Below are positions 12,360 through 23,570 of a DNA stretch of 64,000 bases, one piece after another (within the stretch, counting starts at the first letter, position 1; each line of letters begins with the position of its first letter). Origin of the DNA: Saccostrea cucullata (lineage: Eukaryota); assembly GCF_032062105.1 (NCBI RefSeq), contig NW_026937346.1:124001-188000 (forward strand). The letters run 5' to 3'. The notes under the pieces are model-generated. The model was not told where the DNA came from, searched no databases, and saw only the letters and a list, made by a program, of their open reading frames with translations. The translations under genes were made by a program, and so were the position numbers.

Positions 12360-12780
12360 TCTTCAACTTGTTTGTATGTTACTTATCTCTTTTTAAAAAC
12401 ATGATTGTCATAAAGCCTGCTTGTTAGATAACCATTAAATTCTTTCCTAGTAAATATCCAAATATGAAACATATGTGTTAGATTCTAGATCTGTGGTATC
12501 TTTTATTGCAAGCTACTTTGGATACATGTACATGTATATCGTAGCGACAAATGAATAAAAATAACTTTTGTTAATAAAATGCCGTCGATGTATCTAAATA
12601 TCAAGTTGAAGGCCATAGCAAGTGTCTTCTACTTCCCGTGTTTCTTATGAAAAAGAAAAATAGGTGTACTAATAACGGGGCCCAATCGGTACCAATTGGA
12701 ATTTCAACAGATGGTTGGAAGACTTGCGCCAAAAAAAAAACAAAAAGATATTGTCATTATTTTTATTTGAAAATAAATTA
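12360..12780 (-). mobile_element. Penelope-like RT fragment (internal)
   Basis: Minus strand VFQPSVEIPIGTDWAPLL (decayed QxxGIPMGTNCAP) and the KDTT region. Confidence 0.65.
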
Positions 12781-13749
12781 AAACGCTCATAGTATGTAAT
12801 ATAAAAATAAATTCAAAAGATCATAGTACAGATTGAAAGCTGATATCTTTTCATTGCTAGAATATAATGCAGATACAATGAAACATTGATTTAATTTATA
12901 CTAATTGAAAGACATTATCCTTTTTCACATAGAAACTTGCAAAACATAAACAACTGCATGCGGCAAATATGTTTCGACTAAATGTACTTAATCGAACTCA
13001 ATTCTTAACCAAAATATTAGGACTGTAATTGAAATCAGTTCTTAACCAAGATATAAAGTGTTCTCATTCAACACATCGTTATGTTAAATAATTAATATCA
13101 TTTATATAGAAAAACCAAATGTTTTCATGTGGATTGCAGATCCGTATCTTAATTGCATCATAAACACATCATTTTGCAGAAATGCATTTCAAATTTACAC
13201 CTTTCATGACAATTGATATTTTTTTCAGACACTACAGCCTGTTTAAATTTCGGAAAGTTACCATTCTCATTATTTGATTTTATGAAGGCCTGAAGTGATC
13301 ACTGAACATCAAAGTTTTAAGAGCCAGTAAATGAATGAAATATGTTAGGTGTAAAACCACAAAGCGCTGTGAAAATAAGATTGTTCAGTCTGATCTATAC
13401 AGCTGGGATGTTGCAAAATGCCTGTGGTGTAAAAATGTACACCCTTTCATCAAAGTCAAAATATTTGTTGATTTATTATACAATACATATTTCTGTTTAG
13501 GTGATGTTTTTAAGATTGATACATATTTATTAGTCATATTAATTGAAAAATATCATTTCTTCTATTATTCAATGCACCTGTACGTTTTAAAACAAAGAAA
13601 CGTCTTTCTCAAGCTTTTTCTTCATCTTCCTCAACAGAATTCAAGACATATAAATATAAACACCTTTGTCAATTTAATTATTTGAAATACTTTCCCCATT
13701 CAGATATGTTGTTTAACAGTAAGACGTTCCTTGTTCCAATGTAACATAT

Positions 13750-14460
13750 GGAGTTAAGAATATGGAGATAACGAACAGTATCTCAAAGTCCACTAAACAA
13801 TACAAAATAGGAGCAGAGCACAGACCTCCGAAACATCAGAGGTGGGATCAGGTGCCATGGAGGAGTGAGCATCCCCTTCTGACCGGTCACATCCGCCGTG
13901 TGCTACTTGTCATGATCACGGAAAAATCCGTCGTTAATTCAGTGTATAAATAATGGACTAACAATTAGTATGAAAAGCGTCAGTCAGCATCTGACTCAAT
14001 GATAAATTGTATTTGCTGAAAAGGTCATTGTATCGATCATAAAACTTACGAAATGATGACTTTAAACTAAACTCCTGATATTCTTGTTTCATCAACTTGC
14101 TTGTCAATAATTTACCTTGTTTTAGAAATTGTTCATACGTAGAGCATGCTCTTGCGTGTTGAATCAACTGAGATATATATACCTCGTATGCAGGTGATGA
14201 AGGTATATTGTTGCATAAGTAAGGGAAGTTGGCGATAGAAAAGTTAAATCATCACGTTTATCATATAAGTTTGTTGTTAGATTCCATTAACGTCTTTTCA
14301 AGTAAAATATCCTATTAAACAGATGGTCAGACTCTGTGGTATCTTTTTTCTCAAGCTCACCAGGATATATATCGACGTAGGAGTAGAAATAACAAACAGT
14401 ATTCAAGATCAAAAGTCAATAAAACAATACAAAATTGGAGCAGAGCAAACAAGGACAAAT
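13750..14460 (-). mobile_element. Penelope-like element: RT C-terminus plus 3' tail, with a duplicated tail fragment upstream (pseudo-LTR arrangement)
   Basis: ORF 13958-14167 IQHARACSTYEQFLKQGKLLTSKLMKQEY...LKSSFRKFYDRYNDL..KYNLSLSQMLTDAFHTNC. Tail 13762-13830 is repeated at 14380-14458. Confidence 0.85.
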
Positions 14461-15006
14461 AAAACAAAGGTCTTCATGTTTTACTGGGTAAAAAATATAT
14501 AATTTAAACATTGATAATTATTTTGAATAGTATGTTTATTATGAAAATTTTAAATACATGTAATTAGGGAGTTTTATTCTTGATAAAAATGCTTTCATTG
14601 CTATGCAGTTTGATATGTATACATGCACTGAACATTAAGACTTAATTAGCTTGCGTTTTCAATAAAAGATATGTAAAAAATATATGCTCTTTACGAAAAG
14701 TATTTGAGATAACAAAAACATTTGAAATTCCAGATATTTTGAAAAGCTATCCTCATATTGATCTTCACGGGATGCGGAAGTAATCTGTCAGTTTTATCCT
14801 TACAGCATTAGAGCCAATTTATGAATAAAATGTGTTAGGTCTTGGCCCATCAACACTTAGCAAATATTTACGGTAGATGTAAGTGGAAAATCTTGTTTCT
14901 GTAATTGTAGGAGGCCGTATGATCTGGAATATTATGGAAGCGTTATCAGAATGAATGAAATTCCGGAAATAGCTAATTAAAATAGTTTTGATCAGCATGA
15001 TAAAGG

Positions 15007-15008
<2 letters not shown>

Positions 15009-15092
<84 letters not shown>
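15009..15092. repeat. (TC)42 microsatellite
   Basis: Perfect dinucleotide run ~820 bp upstream of the RERG-like 1 ATG. Confidence 0.98.
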
Positions 15093-15095
<3 letters not shown>

Positions 15096-15908
15096 ACAAG
15101 GAAAGACTATTGAAATGTTCCAAAATAATTTTGAAAAATAACATCAATTGAACAAGCTCAAGACAGCCTTTGCAATCATTTCTCAAAGGTTTTGTATTTG
15201 GAAACTTATACTAAGAGATAACACACCAACATCCTGTAATTGTTCATTATGGGCACCTTTGAGGTAAAGAATAAACCCAAACAACATCTTGTACCCTGAT
15301 AGAGCGTTTAACCAAAGAACAAAATATACAAAGACAAGGAACTTGCCCCCTGTGGTTGCTTGGTACCAATAAACAAGGAGAGAACAAAAAGATACGTATA
15401 CACCTATAGAGCGCTGTGTCTTTGGCAGATGGAAGATGTACTCCAGGCTTTATTTATAGCCGCCGAGAATCTCACGAAAGGATCAGAGCTGATGGGCTTT
15501 CACTCGAAATTAGCTGATATGTCCGACTAGGTTTGTTTTTATGAGTGAGCTGACTGAAGGTGATCAGAAGCATTAGTTTATATGTGCGAAAGTTAATATA
15601 GTCAATGATTTTTGGAATATTTATTTACTTAACACAGGTATGTAACAATATTGCACATTTCTTCAGTTTTATTAATGAAAAATATATTATTCTATGCACC
15701 ATTAGCTTTTTTTTACATAAATTATATTGCCATAAAAATTATATAAAAATCTATGTACTACATGTGTTTGAATTAAAGATATGTATCTTGTAAAAATCAC
15801 GAATACCTTGAAACCATCCAGGGAAGAAAAATGCTATGGCTGAAAAAATGAAAGAACTATAATATTTGACAAAAAATTGCAATAGGTGACGATCAGGAAT
15901 GACGTGAT

Positions 15909-16041
15909 ATGAATCCCGGAAGTGGTTTGACAGAACCAAGTGTTTCTGGTAACACTTTACGTCCGTATCTCCGCCGCAAGAAGTCGTCATTTGGTGAAAC
16001 AAAAGTAGCGGTCATTGGAACAGACGGTGTCGGCAAGAGTG
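15909..16041 (+). CDS. RERG-like 1 coding exon 1
   Basis: MNPGSG...KVAVIGTDGVGKS, phase-1 donor G|gtaaga. Confidence 0.9.
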
Positions 16042-19000
16042 GTAAGATTCTCTTGCATGGAAGCCTTTTGACAACATTTCAAGTACCTGCATGTAACAGC
16101 ATTACATTTCTGTCTACTATCAAACCATCAAAATCTAAATGGTATTGGAAAATACTTTTTAGATATTCGCACCCGATTTTGCTCTTTGTTTTAAAATATA
16201 CATATAAAGATAGAATAGCTATATACAGGTACATGTATATATTATGCATATTGGAAAGAAATAAGTATACTTGGAATACTATTCATTTTTCTAATTTTAA
16301 GGCTATGTATCTAGGAAAGTGCTTAAAACTTAGTTTGTTATTGGATTGTATACCTCGTTGCGCTGTATAATAAATTTAATATACAAATCATCTTTAAATC
16401 AATAAGAAATAATCTAATCGTCTTCATACCAGATTCTGCATATCTATGATATGATTTTCACTGAAGAAATGCAGTAGCTTTCGATGATAACCTATTTGTT
16501 TAAAAAAAAATCTGAGCATTCCTTTTGTACATCAATAAAAATTGCAACTTTACTAATATTAAAAATATATTCTTTAATTTCTTTCTAACCAATATTCAAA
16601 TATCATGCAAATACGTTATATTCAGAATTTTCAATATGAAATGATATACTTATGATATGTGCGATTTAATCCAGGTTTTAATATTCAAACATATATTAAT
16701 TATGAAATTAAACCTCACAAACTAACAAGTGATTTGCAACTTCTAACTGCATGTTCATAAGATAACTGTACTGTTTACTTAAATTATAACAGAAAACGTC
16801 CCATTTGAAAATAAATAATTTTAATCATGTATGTGTCAGTTGCATCAGTCAAAGACAGTTTTAATTATATAAACAATGCACGTTTGCAAATTTGAAACAA
16901 AATAAGACTGACACTCTCGTGTCAAAAGATAATAGTTCAAACATATGTTAACAGTAAATAATAATGAGCAGCTGGATGATTTCTTAGGATTCTATGTCTA
17001 AGCCTTGCGTAAGCTGCAGACTAGGGCTTCTCTACATAACGTACCAACTAACATTCACCCTTCATTAAGGGATACAGATGATATTGAGTGAAAACTGAAG
17101 AAACGTCATTAATGAGATTTCTTGGTGTATGTTCGTTATTTTAATTAAACCAATCGGTTCACTTTTGATGAGAATGACCTCCTTTTTGATATATTTACGT
17201 CATCAATTAACCTCTTGTGTTCCCTATTGTTTAATTGAAATTTTTATTGGTACATTTAATCACAGGCTTAAGTACAAGTAAGAGCAAGGATTATCTGCAT
17301 GTAAAATATGCATAAACCATGCTTATTCATGTACCCTAGCTGGTAAGAAGATTTATTGCCAAGAAGCACGCTTTTCATTATAAGAGACATTATTCTAATG
17401 TAAGGCATTAGAAATAAAGATTTTGGAAACGGTTTGTTTTTCTTTTATATAACAATAAAATGATAATTCACAAACACAGTTCTTATCCTTACACAGAATG
17501 GCACATAATGTACAATGTAGGAGGAATTTGCTCTACACAAAACGTCTTCATTTAAAGATGTTTGTTTAATCAAAAACAACACGTGAAAAGATCTTCTTTA
17601 AGCCAAGGATTGGAGGAACATCACATAGTTTAGCAAAGAAAATGGGAAGAATGAAAGATATAAATAAGAAAATCATTTAAATGCGTGAAGATTTTTTGGT
17701 TATTACTATGTATGATTATAGTTAATTACCGTAGGATTAACAAACAGAAAAGTCTTCAAAATTAACGAGAATGATGTAAAGCAAACAAATATAGAAATAC
17801 ACATGGTTGAAAAAAAAACAACTATTGTTCAAATTGTTGCGTTTCACAAAAGAGACACAATTTTAACAGTGAAACCATAAAGTGTGTGTCATATGTAGAA
17901 TTGAAAATATATTTTGTATAATAGTATTCCTTTCGCAAACATTTTCTATGAACGTCTTATATACAAAATGAAAGCTAATCATGTTCATTTAGAGAAAAAA
18001 AACAAACTACATGGCATCAACAACCTAGAGTTCATTTTTACGTAAGATAAACAATGTGAATAAAAACGAGAGTATCTTTCCTGACAGTTACGACTGACAT
18101 GACGCTATATCTGCCCCGTCTGTGACTATTACGTCATAATTGATAATGTCGATATGCCCTATGCATATGTATTAAAGAAGATAGTGTAGAGCACATGCAT
18201 TATGCAAGATAAAAAGAGGGCAAGTTTTGAGCGATATACCATCTGTCATTTTTACATTGCCAGGATTCTGTCAAATCTATTCCAAATCAATATCAACATT
18301 GATCGAGCCTAAAACACAAAATACTACAATCCCTTCTGTCTGATTTTCTTTTGATTAACGATTCATTGGTTCTGTAGCAAAGTGAAAAGAAATCATAAAT
18401 TGTATGTTTATACGCCTACATAGCGTTTGTAATATCAGTTTGTTCTTATCTACTTATCACATTTAACATCTTTCAACCTTTGGTTTTGTTGCTTTTGCTA
18501 CAAACTAGAGGCATAAAAGATTATTTTTCTTGTAAATTTTTGTATTTGTATCAATCATATTCTGGCAAGCAATCAATTTGTAGAAATATATCTCGGTTAC
18601 TATGTGTAAAATGTGTAGGTAATACATTGAAATTATCATTCCGAGGTGTCTTTCCAATCAATAAAATTCGGGGCAAATTTACATGAAGATAAAAGTAACG
18701 ATTCAATCGCACCAGTCTGATATATTTTTATAGCCGATTTTAAAATGAATGGAATATCCTGTCATTCCTACAGGAGAAGTAAAAGTTTAAAAAAGATAAA
18801 TCTTGATTTTTGATTAGACAAAAGGAACATTTATAAATACACTGTACATTTGTCGATTTGCCAATGTAAAGAATATGTAGATACTTGACTTAATTATAAT
18901 CAAATGAGGTGTTAAATATTAGATACCTTCTCTACCATCGGACACATTTAGTTCATAACACTGCAGTTCTTTGATAACACATGCTAGGTTTTGTTTGTAA

Positions 19001-22000
19001 TTTTTTCTGAAGGACTTTTATCTTTTTTTTCTGTATTAGAAAAGCTTGATTTTTTCATCGACCTTGGTGTTGTAAATAACATTTTTTATCGAATTTTTTT
19101 ACGCAAATCCCAAAAAAATCTTTTGCAAAAATGAAACATGAAGTTTGATCTTATTTTATTATTTAGGAATGTCAGCAAGATATCCAAGGTCAATTCAAGA
19201 GGTCAGCACTACTGTATGATAGAACTTCTATTTTAATTATGAGAAAATTTTTTTTTGTTCTGATGTAACTTAATTCTATAGCATATTTAGGAGAGTGAAG
19301 ACATAGAAAGTTATGTTTCAATCAAATGTAAATTGAGTAACACATTGAATCTAAACGAATGTTCAATTCATTAATTGCAATAAGTGAATAGGGATGTCGA
19401 ATAGGAAAAACTGAAGAGCTTGGTGATGAATAATTTTGTAATTTAAGAATCCCAAGGCCATGTTAGAAATAGAATGGACACAATAAGTAAGATATCAGGG
19501 TTTATTAAGAGTTTTTCTGACAGAAGGATATATATTAATTTTATTATATAAAAAAGCAATGAACGTCACACGAGTCGTATGCTAAAAAAGTAACTTTAAA
19601 CATACGTTTGGGCTCATACAATAAGGTTCAAGCCGAAAAATTTTCCTATACTGCTAAACTTTATCTTTGATAAAATTGAAATTCAAAGAAATAAAACGTG
19701 CATCCTAACAAAGATATTTTAGTAATTTAAATACGTAAACACAAATACCATCGATATGTAATTTGACGAGCAACTGATATTCTGTTTTATCTTAAGACAC
19801 CATATACTAACGTGTTGACTTGTTTTTACTTTTATTGTTGTTGGCAGTTTTCTTTTAATGATAATATCATACTATCTAGAGAAGAAACTTTGAAATATTA
19901 ACATGATAAGACACCAGAATTTTTGAGATCCTGTTACTGTATAGTTAGCTTTGCTTGACATTGCTTTCGTTAACCCTATGTTTACGCAGCTACTTGGAAT
20001 GTTTAAGTAAAAATATCATATTTAATTAGTAACTTGTGTTTTTTAAATTTCTTCTCAGGTCAGATAATACAAATATATAAGTCTACATATTGGTGTGGAG
20101 TACTTTAAACTACTATATTGAATACACAGTGTCTTTTGTAACATTTTATTTGAGTTAAGTATGATAACATTTATATTTGTCCTTTTCCCCTTGTAGCACT
20201 ATCCGTGAGATTCCTGACGAAGAGGTTTATAGGTGAATATGACCAAACAGTTGGTGAGTGAATATATTCATGTTTTTCTGTAGTTCTACATCTTCTTGTT
20301 ATTTGATTAGAATGATAGATACCTACCTTGCCTAATGCCCATCAGGCAGCTTCGTTGATAGGTGTATTGCTTATCTACAAAGATACCTCACTTGTTTTTC
20401 TTGGAATTGTTGTTGTATGCATGGATGACCGTTGAGTTTTATTTTACTCAGATCGGTTCACTTTTAAAACTTTGAGTGTGCGTAAATTTTGTCAGAGTGC
20501 TTTACTTTGAAGAACAACTGATTGAAAGATTGAGCTGAAAATCCGACAAGAAAGTATTATCTATAGCCTACACTTTTCACGCTCGGCATTTTTTTAAAAA
20601 CAAAAATCACTGAAATGAATTGCATGAATATTTTGAAAACTTTTTTCATTGGCATAAATTTGTGTGTTCCTAAGTGTGAATGACCTTTATTTCTTTTATC
20701 ATACATGGATCAAATTGCATTTATCTGATGTAAAAGTGTAAAAGCTTGTCAGTTTTTTTTCAAGATCGATTTATTCTTAAGCGGCAATAGATCACATTGC
20801 TTAAAATGGGGGTTTATACTTGACTGACAAGTAAAATGTCGATGAAAAGTGCCTTCGAGTTGCGTAAAAGCTATTTCACACTACGATCTTCTGTTAATAA
20901 AGTGTTTGAACTTAATGAATAGGCTGCACTTAAGCGGTGCATTCTGTTATGTGGGGTTGCCATGATTTCAGTAATTAGGGAAACCTCTTCGCTCTATTAT
21001 CTAATACAGATAGTTAAAGAAGTATAAATTCTGAGCATTTTTATTATTGGAGTTACTGTATTGATTTGGTGTATAATTTGATCGTTTCAGTGCAAAATGT
21101 GGGGTTACATTTTTGTGAATTTTTTAAGACACTTCTAAATATTCTATACAAATTTTGTTTCCCATCTACAGTACGTTGATGACGTTTCACTTGTGAGCAA
21201 TATTAACTGATTATAAGATACTTTTTGTATGTTGCACGAGACAAACAAACAGAGCGCTTGCCTGTATACGAACATTTTCAAACAAATTAAGTAAAATATT
21301 TGTTCTCACTTCAATGTGGATGAAATTAATTTTTTTTAAGCTCTTAATTTTGTTTTAACTTTGTTAAACTTAAATCTCTTTTTTTGATTTCAATACTTGT
21401 AAGGCATTGTCATAAACGAAAACCGAAAAATCATAACCAGACAAAAACTAAATAAAACAAGTGCGTACAGTGTAATGATTTCATGCAGAAATGATGAGAT
21501 TAAAAGACAGTAATTTTCTTTATACTTCACTTGCAGCTCAGTATTGCCTTGCTTTGCTATAAAGCTGCAAACAATATGTACGACTATGTGAATATTATGG
21601 GAAATTTCACAGCAACTAATTACAGTTATGCCACAAAACACACGTTTCTTTAGAAAAAACATCGGGATAGGGTACAGAAACATACATCGTTTATTACAGC
21701 AGAAAAGCACATTATTCTAGACTAATGTTTATTATAATAATAAAAGTTATTATCTCTTTTACAGAGTCCAAATATAAATACACTACAACAATAGACGGGG
21801 ATACGATAACATTCGAAGTACTGGACACTGTGTCGGAGGTAATTAACTATCACGATCTCCTAGTTTTAATATTTTTAATACAAACTGGATGAAAAACTTG
21901 AACATATTGAAATTCAAAATTTTGAAACTAATAATTCTGAATATTTGATAATTCCTAAATATATGTATGTTTTCAACAATTTAGAAATATAATGTTTAAT

Positions 22001-23570
22001 CGGTGTTTTATAAAATGCCACTTTTTAATTTATGTTTAGCATACACAATCATTAGAGCCTCTAAGCCTTATCTCTTTTGGGCATTTTCAGACATTTAGCA
22101 TAATTCCCTCTCTGTATGAATTTTTAAAAACGAGTGTAAAACAAAATCAGCAAATCTGCAATTTTAAAAATTAAGAAAATCAATTAAGATTCACAAAAAA
22201 TGAGTAAAGAGGATTTTCCTGTTAGTAAAATTATTGAAAAAAGGAAGCACTTGCTTGTTCATTCAGTGCAATTACTTTCTTTATCCTCATTTGATTGTTT
22301 CTCCCAGTGCATAATTCAAAAATATGCTAGTTATTGAACATACACGTAATTACTCTTATCCCAAATTTTCATTTTTTGTGCATTGCTGTATGAGATTAAG
22401 ATGCTACTAGGAAATTTGAGAAGCTTCTATGTGTGTGTGAGTAGCCAGATGTTTAAAAAGAATGTTCACCGATTTCCTACCCAAATTTACATTTACCTCA
22501 AATTGTTTGGACAATAAAGCATATTCATAATAATTTAAATTGTTCCACTTGTACCTTATATAAACCTGTACTCGGGATGTTACGGTAAATTCATAACTGC
22601 TTAACAAAAATATATTTGCTTTAGACGCTGATATCTAATCTTACTTGAACGTATCTATTAATAAAATAAATAAACGAACAGTTTTTAAAAAGAGAAATCC
22701 ATTCAAGCAATACAAATCAGGTCAGAGCAAACAAGGTCCTCTAAAACATCAGAGGTGGGATCAGGTGCAATGGAGGTGTGAGCATCCTCTACTGACAGGT
22801 CAAATCCGCCGTTTGCTCGTTATCATGATCAAGAAATTACGGGAAAAAATCTGTTGACAATTCAGGGTATAAATAATGGTCTAATCAACTAGTTAAAAAT
22901 TGCAACAAGTATACATTTACAGATTAAATTGGCACAAGGATTTTGTTGTACTTCAGAATGATGACTGTGGAGCCCGTGATGATGTTTTAAGATGGGCGGA
23001 TGGAGTCCTAGTCGTGTACTCAGTGGTGAGCAGGGATTCTTTTGACATAATACAAGAGATTAGGAGAAGAATCGACGAAAATAGAAAAGGCGCAAGCATT
23101 CCAATGGTACTTTTAGGAAATAAATGTGACCTTGCTCACATGAGAAAAGTCACCCAGGATGAAGGTAAGGTAGAATAGATCCTAGTACACATATTACATT
23201 GTCCCAGTGGAAAGGATTAATGATATCTTAGACCTAAAGCTGTTTTATGTCTATGATGATATCAATTACAGTTTACGTTTTTTTTCCCCTTTTACTGCTG
23301 TATTTGGAAACAAGGTCGTTTTATCATATTATTTTATGCATAGAATTGCATTGTAATGTAAGTTTAAGCAATACATTTTATTTGGTAGGACAACGTTTAG
23401 CCAATGAAATGGGGTGTCCTTTTCTCGAAGTTTCTGCCTCTGAAGATGTTGACACAGTGACCGAGGCATTTCTTACTTTGTCACGTGAGGTTGTAGATTT
23501 CAAGAGGCGTTCCCGGACTTTCTTTGACAGAGTTTTTGGTGCGTTTGGAAGAGAAAAAGTATCGACTTGA
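15909..23570 (+). CDS. Ras-family small GTPase, RERG/RASL11/RASL12-like (paralogue 1); 5 coding exons, 217 aa
   Basis: join(15909-16041,20197-20253,21765-21838,22957-23164,23389-23570)=654 nt, GT-AG, in frame. G1 GTDGVGKS; ALSVRFLTKRFIGEYDQT; LDTVSE; RWADGVLVVYSV; G4 GNKCD; G5 EVSA; no CAAX. VRFLTKRFI.EYD and .WADG..VVYS are RERG/RASL-family signatures. Confidence 0.92.
20197..20253 (+). CDS. RERG-like 1 coding exon 2 (57 nt)
   Basis: ccttgtag|CA...G|gtgagt; ALSVRFLTKRFIGEYDQTV. Confidence 0.92.
21765..21838 (+). CDS. RERG-like 1 coding exon 3 (74 nt)
   Basis: ttttacag|AG...GAG|gtaatt; ESKYKYTTTIDGDTITFEVLDTVSE. Confidence 0.9.
22665..22900 (-). mobile_element. Penelope-like 3' tail fragment in RERG-like 1 intron 3
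   Basis: CATCAGAGGTGGGATCAGGTGCAATGGAGGTGTGAGCATCC matches the 13830-13880 copy. Confidence 0.8.
22957..23164 (+). CDS. RERG-like 1 coding exon 4
   Basis: cttcag|AAT...G|gtaagg; RWADGVLVVYSV...LLGNKCDL. Confidence 0.92.
23389..23570 (+). CDS. RERG-like 1 coding exon 5 (stop)
   Basis: tttggtag|GA...TGA; GCPFLEVSASE...REKVST*; AATAAA at 23732. Confidence 0.92.

Noticed and set aside
14992-15186. RE-repeat protein ORF
   Set aside because: Translation of the (TC)42 microsatellite.
16042-16370. C-terminal part of ORF 15909-16370
   Set aside because: Read-through into intron 1 after the G|GTAAG donor; GTPase homology resumes at 20197.
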